Virus record (IMG/VR): IMGVR_UViG_3300020049_008107
Location: 1 to 64,000 of that record
Origin: a virus
Lineage: Duplodnaviria; Caudoviricetes
Direction: 5' to 3' (one strand)
Length of the DNA stretch: 64,000 bases
The notes beneath the pieces were generated by a model. That model was not told the origin of the DNA. It worked only from the letters and a program-made list of their open reading frames with translations, and did not search any database. A program made the position numbers and the translations under genes. The number at the start of each line of letters is the position of its first letter. Position 1 is the first letter of the stretch. Of the stretch, positions 57,490 to 64,000 are shown one piece after another.

Positions 57490-59388
57490 TTATACCCTTC
57501 CTGACTTAGCACTTGTGCCGAAAATGTGATTCATTGCGTGACCTAAATCTTTTCTGACAACACCGACATTACCAGCAGATTTAGAGCCATCTTCTTTCAA
57601 AGTTTTTAGTGATTTTTTCACTAAAGAAAGATTCTCAATTGTTGAATCTCCACCAGATGTAAACGATGGAGTTGATCTACCACCAGCATACTCTTTAGCG
57701 ATTACATCAGTAATGCCCATACCATCAAGGATAAATCCAAGGGATTTTTTAACGGTATTTAATTCATGAGCTTGAGCGGTAACAACGTTCGCAAGTTTGG
57801 CAATAGAACCAATCAAGGCTTTATGTACTTGAGAATTACCAGCATTTACTTGTGGACGAGCATTTGATTTCTGCACTCCAGTATTTGTTCTGCGTGACAT
57901 AGAAGCAAGGCTTTTTGCAAGAGCCATAGTAACTTCATCAGCATCTTCACCATCTTCTTTCAAAGCTTTTTCAAGCTCTTCATCAGACATTTCAACTGGT
58001 TCTGGTGTAGAAGTCCCATCGGGGATTAGGTCATCTTGATTTTCAAGAGATGGGTTATCCAATTCACCCTTACGCACTTTGGACTTTCTAATCTTCAAGG
58101 ATTTTGCAATCATTAAAGCCTTAGTGATCTCATCTTCTGTTAAATCTTCATCAGCCATATTTACCTCGTCTCCATCGGGTTCTTCGCCTAATTCGTCTTT
58201 TAGGGCTTTCATAAGTTCTTCATCTGTCATTGAAACAGGCTCGTCTCCATCAGGTTCTTCCATAGCTTGCATTAGCTCTTCGTCTGATAATTCTACGGCA
58301 TCATTGCTGCCATTTGGATCATCAGTTGGAGGATTACCTGTTAATTCATCCATAGTAACATCTTCTTCTGCCATATTAGCATCTCCATTATTAGTTTCGC
58401 CGTTATTACCGCCGTGTTGACCTACAGCATCTTTACCAGCTTTAATCTGTCCAAGCTGGTCTAGAATCGACTTTATGTTGTTTACAAGTGCAGTTTCTTC
58501 AGGACTTAGCATGGAACCTTTTTCTACCAATTTATTATTAGATAAAGACTTATTAATTTGTTGCAATTCTGGTACTATTAACTCCTTATATTCTTTAAAC
58601 AATTTATCAATCTTTTCTGCTTTAGTTGCATCGTCACAATCTTCCATTTTTATTTCTTCAAGAGAATCATCAAAAGCATCTTGGATTTTTGACTTACGAA
58701 GATAGTCGGATGTTATCTTCTCATCACCAACAAGTTTTTGTTTTATTAATGAATCACCACCATTTTCTGATGAAAGGGCTTCTTTTTTTACCAAAGCTTT
58801 GCTAACTGCTGAAGCGATAGACGCTTTATAAGCTGGACATGGTACAAGTACTACACCATCAAGTACAATATCATCCATTACACGCCTGTCATCATCAAGC
58901 ATCTCTTTAATACCACCATCAGGAACAGCACCCTCAACAGAAAATCCGCGTTGTTTAGCATGTTTATATGGTGGTAAACCAAGTAATTGTTTCCATGTCA
59001 TATCAGCAGTATCTAAGTTGAACTTACCAACACTGTCATACTGGTCATACAAACGAAATGTAACAAACCAATCACCATTAGGCAGTACTTTACATGAATG
59101 AAGAATGCCAATGTCTTGGGTTGCTTTAATACCATGTTCATCTGGATAAAGTAGAATGTCACCAGAATTGGCTTGTTTCATAAATGATTGGATACATTTT
59201 GGAGTTACAATCTCACCATGACCATCAACAGAATTACCAGAAACTACACCCTCTACGTACCTTCGCTTTCTACCTTTTTCATCCTCTTTATACACCCCAT
59301 ATTCAGTTTTTTTTGACTTGTTTACATGAGATACACCAGAAAAAACAAACGAAACTCTACTTAAATCTTTGGTTGCAACAGCAGGCAT
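57490..59388 (-). CDS. prohead protease-scaffold fusion
   Basis: YVEGVVSGNSVDGHGE, GFSVEG, VVLVPCPAY; acidic helical C-terminal half. Confidence 0.88.
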   Translation of the reverse strand: MPAVATKDLSRVSFVFSGVSHVNKSKKTEYGVYKEDEKGRKRRYVEGVVSGNSVDGHGEIVTPKCIQSFMKQANSGDILLYPDEHGIKATQDIGILHSCKVLPNGDWFVTFRLYDQYDSVGKFNLDTADMTWKQLLGLPPYKHAKQRGFSVEGAVPDGGIKEMLDDDRRVMDDIVLDGVVLVPCPAYKASIASAVSKALVKKEALSSENGGDSLIKQKLVGDEKITSDYLRKSKIQDAFDDSLEEIKMEDCDDATKAEKIDKLFKEYKELIVPELQQINKSLSNNKLVEKGSMLSPEETALVNNIKSILDQLGQIKAGKDAVGQHGGNNGETNNGDANMAEEDVTMDELTGNPPTDDPNGSNDAVELSDEELMQAMEEPDGDEPVSMTDEELMKALKDELGEEPDGDEVNMADEDLTEDEITKALMIAKSLKIRKSKVRKGELDNPSLENQDDLIPDGTSTPEPVEMSDEELEKALKEDGEDADEVTMALAKSLASMSRRTNTGVQKSNARPQVNAGNSQVHKALIGSIAKLANVVTAQAHELNTVKKSLGFILDGMGITDVIAKEYAGGRSTPSFTSGGDSTIENLSLVKKSLKTLKEDGSKSAGNVGVVRKDLGHAMNHIFGTSAKSGRV

Positions 59389-59404
59389 ATAAGTAAATAA
59401 GTAT

Positions 59405-59500
59405 ACAAACTAAAAAGTGCTTGACAAGGAAAGTACCCCATGAGAAAATGACAAAAGAGGATATTACTAATACCTCGATAAAATAAATAAGGAACAAATA
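59405..59500 (+). promoter_or_regulatory. repeated sigma70-type promoter cassette, copy 4 (type B)
   Basis: TTGACA (59421-59426), 17 bp spacer, GAAAAT; GAGG...CCTC palindrome; AAGGA RBS. Confidence 0.8.
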
Positions 59501-59818
59501 ATGAAATCAAACACTTGGTATAAAGTAGGTCAACTAGAAGACCTAGCAAAATTCACTGATTTAGATTTATTTTCACTTAATAAACAATGTGAAGACAAAG
59601 AGAAGTACGATGTTTCTGATAGAGAATTTAAATCTGGTGAATGCGGCAAAGAAGAATTTAATGAAGAGAGATCAGAAGGAATTTGGATTATTGAAAGACC
59701 ATTTAGTGGACATTATATAGTATATGTTAAATTCAATGAATACTATGGATTTTTGGAATCACATCATGTAATGCCATACAAAACAGCAATTAATGAAGTG
59801 ACATCACTTATTTCTTAG
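59501..59818 (+). CDS. early hypothetical protein
   Basis: 105 aa directly after promoter copy 4. Confidence 0.7.
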   Translation: MKSNTWYKVGQLEDLAKFTDLDLFSLNKQCEDKEKYDVSDREFKSGECGKEEFNEERSEGIWIIERPFSGHYIVYVKFNEYYGFLESHHVMPYKTAINEVTSLIS

Positions 59819-59828
59819 GAGGATAAAA

Positions 59829-60026
59829 ATGTACGGACTAATAGAACTACAAAGACGCAAACTAGAATTAATGACTAGCAAAAGCTATATATACCACCAT
59901 CTAATGACTGGCACTGATGGCAATAAATATAACTATTTTGAAAATACAAAGAATGAACCTTTCTTGTATACTATGCATCTTGTCTTGGTGAATGCATCAG
60001 AAAGGGTTAAGCTAATTGGTATATAG
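59829..60026 (+). CDS. hypothetical protein
   Basis: 65 aa; AGGAGG RBS. Confidence 0.65.
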   Translation: MYGLIELQRRKLELMTSKSYIYHHLMTGTDGNKYNYFENTKNEPFLYTMHLVLVNASERVKLIGI

Positions 60027-60027
60027 T

Positions 60028-60810
60028 TTATTTCTTAAGCTGCATGTCATAGCGAATGGAACATCTACAACCAGCGATATCCTCTAAAGTAGCACCAAGA
60101 GAGGAATCATGTGGATGTTTCATTACCACTGTTTTATTGGTCTTAGGATTCTTATAGGTAAAGTTTTGATCATTCGGAATAGTCTTGCCATGCAATTTGA
60201 GATGTTCATGTCTAGGTACTTTTGATTTTTTATTATGAATCCAGGTTTTTGTAAAAACCAACTTAGGGTTTTTCTTTTTTAATTGATCAATATACCCATG
60301 TCTCATCTCATTTGAAGTAGACATAATCTCAGTAACTGCAATAGTCTTTATATTTGGTGGAATACCAGTTTTCTTATCTTTCTTGGTATATCCAGCATAC
60401 GTCTCTCGGAGTTTCTGTTCAAAGACTTCGACCAACTTATCATTAACCTTACCAGCATACCTACCACGCTGCGCAGAAGTCTGTACTTCTCTTATTGTGT
60501 CATTAAGGTCTTGAATTAGCTTATCTCGAAGAGTGTTAGTAATAATCTTGCCACCTTCTGCAGATTTTTTAGTGAGAAGGTCATCAGTCATTATCTCTTT
60601 GAAATTAGGAAATAGGACTTGCTTTGGTTTATTCCCTTTTAATTTAGCAATATGATCATCAACACGTTTATTTGAAATATTGAGCATATTTGATGCAACT
60701 TGTTTGGAATTATTCTTAAGTATTAATTGAACAAGGTCTTGGTAATTCTTACCATTCCAACCTAATTTGCCATACTTCTTCTTAAGATAATCTAAATCGC
60801 GTTTTGCCAT
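60028..60810 (-). CDS. MuF-like minor head protein
   Basis: IAVTE, KTWIH...PRHEHLKLHG, HPHD...IAGCRCS. Confidence 0.85.
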   Translation of the reverse strand: MAKRDLDYLKKKYGKLGWNGKNYQDLVQLILKNNSKQVASNMLNISNKRVDDHIAKLKGNKPKQVLFPNFKEIMTDDLLTKKSAEGGKIITNTLRDKLIQDLNDTIREVQTSAQRGRYAGKVNDKLVEVFEQKLRETYAGYTKKDKKTGIPPNIKTIAVTEIMSTSNEMRHGYIDQLKKKNPKLVFTKTWIHNKKSKVPRHEHLKLHGKTIPNDQNFTYKNPKTNKTVVMKHPHDSSLGATLEDIAGCRCSIRYDMQLKK

Positions 60811-60811
60811 T

Positions 60812-61639
60812 TTATGCTAGGTGTTCAAACCCCTTACGTACAAAACCATTACCATTTTTCTTTGGAACAAACTCAAATTGCTCTTCTTTTTGAAATAGCT
60901 TCTCCTCGTCAAAAATGGGCATATCTTGAGCTTTACTAACAGTCACTAAATCCGGAATTTTACCAACTTTCTTACGAAGGTCTTGTATTTCCTTTTGTAA
61001 TTGCCTATTTTCAATAAATAGTTCATGGTGTGCATCTTCAGCAATAATTGGTATATCTTGACCATTAGCAACCTTCTTTTGGTATTGCATGTTTTCAAGA
61101 CCAATACGGCTAGTGGTACGACTTATCCAACTAACAACTGGAGACAATGTACCTCGAAGAACAAAAACCGACAATTGAACCACTTCGCCTATCGGATGAG
61201 TTAGAGGACTAAATACCTTCATAAAATCACCAGAAAACTGGAGCTTTCTAATATCAACTTCCTTAAGTACTCTATCAATAAATCTCATTACGATAAATGA
61301 GCCATAACCAACAACAATACCATACAACGCAAAAACAATCATAATTGTTTTAAACATTTCAAGACTTACACTAGAGATTGCAAATAATGGGAAAAAGTTG
61401 AAAAAGACAACTATTCCAACAATTACAAACCCCATATTGTACAAGTTGCGCCACGCTCTAGATTCTTGTATTGAATCGTAAAGAATTACGTAACTAAATA
61501 TTGCAATATAATTACCAGTGACTACCCAAAATCCAGCCGATTCTCTTTCTGGATACAAAAAGAAAAACAACATATAAAGAGCGGACATACCAGTAATTAG
61601 CCAAAGTTTTTTATGGTCTTGTATCTGTAGCATGTCCAC
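60812..61639 (-). CDS. multi-pass membrane protein with coiled-coil tail
   Basis: 275 aa; about four transmembrane helices. Confidence 0.6.
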   Translation of the reverse strand: MDMLQIQDHKKLWLITGMSALYMLFFFLYPERESAGFWVVTGNYIAIFSYVILYDSIQESRAWRNLYNMGFVIVGIVVFFNFFPLFAISSVSLEMFKTIMIVFALYGIVVGYGSFIVMRFIDRVLKEVDIRKLQFSGDFMKVFSPLTHPIGEVVQLSVFVLRGTLSPVVSWISRTTSRIGLENMQYQKKVANGQDIPIIAEDAHHELFIENRQLQKEIQDLRKKVGKIPDLVTVSKAQDMPIFDEEKLFQKEEQFEFVPKKNGNGFVRKGFEHLA

Positions 61640-61764
61640 CTCTTAAAAAGATCAAAAATCCAACTACCAGCATAAAAATGAGCACTGGATAGATTACATA
61701 TTTTAACAAAGATGGTATTACATATACAAAAAATGCAATCATGATTGGTAATATAAGTATGAAT

Positions 61765-61962
61765 CTAAGGACTTGCAATATCGTAATCCTCTGTGACATT
61801 ACCAATACAGTGACCTTTCTTATCCCAAACTTGAGCATGCCACCAACCATTAATACCAGCAGCAGTTTTACCAGCATAACCATTATGAGTTTCACTAGTT
61901 ACTTTGGCTTCAGTTCCATTTTTAAGTTTTATGGTTTTGTTTGGATCAACAACAATTTTCAT
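61765..61962 (-). CDS. hypothetical protein
   Basis: Start reassigned to MKIVVDPNK (CGATAATA-N5 upstream). Confidence 0.55.
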   Translation of the reverse strand: MKIVVDPNKTIKLKNGTEAKVTSETHNGYAGKTAAGINGWWHAQVWDKKGHCIGNVTEDYDIASP

Positions 61963-61978
61963 AATATTATTATCGTAC

Positions 61979-62143
61979 TTATGACCTTGTGTAGCGTTCA
62001 ATTGATGTAGGCAAAGAATCTGGCATTTCGAGTTCGTCAATGAACTTTCTCATAGTATCTAAATTTAATTCTTTATCCTCTTCTCTTATACGTTTAATTA
62101 CTCGTACAAGTTGAGATTTAGTAACTACAAATTGCTTTTCCAC
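61979..62143 (-). CDS. VTKSQ-leader protein 11 (absent from ORF track)
   Basis: GTG start with AAGGA RBS; (M)EKQFVVTKSQLVRVIKRIREE..., 54 aa. Confidence 0.75.
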   Translation of the reverse strand: MEKQFVVTKSQLVRVIKRIREEDKELNLDTMRKFIDELEMPDSLPTSIERYTRS

Positions 62144-62144
62144 A

Positions 62145-63683
62145 TTATCCTTTATTGTATGTATCTTTTACTTTAGCTATTATTTCAGGAAACATTGGTG
62201 TTGTATTTGGTGGGATATCAAACTGTGGATCATTTAACGGATCAAGATTTTCATCATTAACTCTAATCTCATTAACAGCATAAATACCAGTATCCATCTT
62301 AGTCTTAACCAATTCTGCTTTTTGTTGATCAGTGTTTTGGGTTTGATATTTAAGTCTATATCCATGACCAAAACGAAATGGAAGTATACGAAAATTAAAC
62401 GTATTTTCTATACACTTAGTAACGGGCAATGTACCTTTTGCGTTTTCAATGCGTTCTTGAGCATCAGCCGTATTCCTACCAGATGTACCATCACCACCGG
62501 ATTCATTAATTTCCATATTGGACATATTGAAAACAAGAGCGATGTCCTGTTTTATCATGTTTTGTCTTTCCATTTGAGTAGACATAATGTTTTCACGGGT
62601 TAGGTCTAATACAAAAGGTTGACCATAGCCAGATATCACGCGCACAGCATTTTTGCGGTACTCATTAACTATGTGTTCTATTCTTTTTTGCTCATCTGGA
62701 TCAATTGGAGAATCACCCATGTCAGAACCAATATCGCCTAATGGCATTTGTTCACCAAATACCAATATTTTTTCTGGTGGTCTAGTGCCATCTGCCTGTT
62801 CTGCCATAAGTCTGTCAAAGAATAAACTTTCTGCAACCTTATTAACTAATGCATCAATTGGAACATGCCCATAAGTAGAAACCGAACTTGGGATATAACT
62901 ATCAAATGAAATCTCATCCGGATAAAATATCTGTGGACGCATACCAGAGGACATTTGGATAAAAGCTGAATAACTACCAATAAAACGAGATTGTACTGGA
63001 TAGACACTACCGCCAGGAAGTATATGTAGGTTTTCTATTTTTCCATTTAAGGCTTCTTTGTAAATAGTTGCAGCACCATGCAAATGTAAATCCATAACAT
63101 ACTTCTTAATAAAAGTATCCCAGGTTTCTTTTTGATTTGGTTGCATTAACCAATCATTAACCTCTTCACTTTGATCAAGTTTACGGCTTGTTATCCGTCT
63201 TTTCCATCTAATAAGTGCAGTATTAAAATTTGATAGATCTGGAAGTACATCCCATAGAGTTTCACGTATTTTTTGTGAACAACCCATTTTTACACCAATG
63301 GCATAAAATGAATCAGTTGGGTATTCATCATAAATTTGTTTGAGCGTCTTTAATTCTTCTGCGATCCTGTCTTCTTCCTTTCTATCAGTGGTTATGTCAA
63401 ATGACATGCCTGATATGCGATTCATTCTAGTAGTTATCACACCGAGGATTGGTGAACATGTTTGGAAAATTTGAACTCTAGTAACTGGATCAAGGATGAA
63501 AAGTGGTTGTTCATATTGTACGTACTGATTTTCGCCTTGTTTGTTTACACCAGTAATCCCTAATAATTGAGAAAATGAGTAAACCGAATATCCCCTTCGA
63601 TTGTATACTGCCGAATAATTATTAACTAAAGGACTTGATGGGTTTCCCATCCAATCGAATTCACCAGCACTCATTACAAACAT
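62145..63683 (-). CDS. portal protein
   Basis: 512 aa; FIKKYVMDLHLHG, YGHVPIDAL, IALVFNMSNMEIN, YAVNEIR; upstream of MuF, protease and capsid genes. Confidence 0.9.
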   Translation of the reverse strand: MFVMSAGEFDWMGNPSSPLVNNYSAVYNRRGYSVYSFSQLLGITGVNKQGENQYVQYEQPLFILDPVTRVQIFQTCSPILGVITTRMNRISGMSFDITTDRKEEDRIAEELKTLKQIYDEYPTDSFYAIGVKMGCSQKIRETLWDVLPDLSNFNTALIRWKRRITSRKLDQSEEVNDWLMQPNQKETWDTFIKKYVMDLHLHGAATIYKEALNGKIENLHILPGGSVYPVQSRFIGSYSAFIQMSSGMRPQIFYPDEISFDSYIPSSVSTYGHVPIDALVNKVAESLFFDRLMAEQADGTRPPEKILVFGEQMPLGDIGSDMGDSPIDPDEQKRIEHIVNEYRKNAVRVISGYGQPFVLDLTRENIMSTQMERQNMIKQDIALVFNMSNMEINESGGDGTSGRNTADAQERIENAKGTLPVTKCIENTFNFRILPFRFGHGYRLKYQTQNTDQQKAELVKTKMDTGIYAVNEIRVNDENLDPLNDPQFDIPPNTTPMFPEIIAKVKDTYNKG

Positions 63684-63687
63684 GTTA

Positions 63688-63954
63688 CTAGATAACCTTC
63701 CTTTTATTATTCGTTGGAGTAGTACGATTGCGATTATTTTCTGCAGTGGTCACAATTCTAAGATTTTCTCTTCTATTATCAAGAGTTATCCTGTTAATGC
63801 GATCTACTACATGCTCACCACTATAGCCGAGTACAAATCTATGCATTTGTTTTGGGCTACAGTTCTTGTTTTGAACATACGCCTTAGTACGAGTACCAAA
63901 TGAAGCATGCCACTTAATCTTAGACAATTCTGGATAATCTTCTGGAGACACCAA
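63688..63954 (-). CDS. HNH endonuclease-like protein, probably degenerate
   Basis: MHRFVLG...VVDRINRITLDNRRENLR; expected His replaced by Arg. Confidence 0.65.
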   Translation of the reverse strand: MVSPEDYPELSKIKWHASFGTRTKAYVQNKNCSPKQMHRFVLGYSGEHVVDRINRITLDNRRENLRIVTTAENNRNRTTPTNNKRKVI

Positions 63955-64000
63955 GGTATGTAAGCCCTTGGTTATCTTAATTACTCCAACTTCATTTCCA

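Noticed and set aside
6040-58705. Long plus-strand ORFs opposite real genes (for example 6040-6498, 10222-10800, 23358-23882, 58079-58420)
   Set aside because: Antisense shadows of well-supported minus-strand genes, with no RBS or recognisable motifs.
3079-59549. Apparent protein family with FYRGIS...FPCQA or TDTPFLVKHVLG (track ORFs 3079-3324, 13498-13998, 28116-28340, 59361-59549 and the N-terminus of 27283-28248)
   Set aside because: These are translations of the repeated promoter cassette; the similarity is at the DNA level.
21033-62143. VTKSQ leaders as a DNA repeat, CRISPR-like array or mobile element
   Set aside because: Copies are dispersed, vary at synonymous sites and lack terminal repeats or spacer periodicity.
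63688-63954. Active homing endonuclease
   Set aside because: The His of the VDHIN motif is Arg, no AP2 or other binding domain follows, and the gene lies at the window edge.
1-64000. Stop-codon reassignment or prophage/integration features
   Set aside because: Core genes are full length in the standard code; no integrase, repressor or host flank is visible in the window.

Overview
The window is part of an AT-rich lytic-type myovirus (contractile-tail phage) genome, with almost all genes on the minus strand. The host is probably a spirochaete such as Leptospira; this is an inference from a spirochaete-type lipobox, a C39-like lysin and an SGNH hydrolase. Bases 1-13,700 hold a replication and nucleotide module: DnaE-type polymerase, membrane-anchored dUTPase, primase-helicase fusion, RecA, SSB, a PurZ-type adenylosuccinate synthetase homologue and two sigma-factor-like genes. 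Bases 13,900-64,000 hold the virion module: baseplate, tape measure, tail chaperone with a -1 frameshift, tube, sheath, lysis genes, fibres, neck, major capsid, protease/scaffold, MuF and portal. This module is interrupted by plus-strand islands of small genes. Highlights: (1) eleven otherwise unrelated ORFs share an F-I-V-T-K-S-Q-L-x-R-L-V-x-K-A leader whose end matches the predicted capsid maturation cleavage site, suggesting a modular capsid-cargo system with kinase and ADP-ribosyltransferase payloads; (2) a PurZ signature suggests 2-aminoadenine DNA, here paired with a family C polymerase; (3) two fixed-spacing motifs without Shine-Dalgarno sites precede start codons (TTATTTA-N5-ATG and CGATAnTA-N4-ATG), alongside a four-copy sigma70 promoter cassette. 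All product calls come from motif recognition by eye; no database searches were run.
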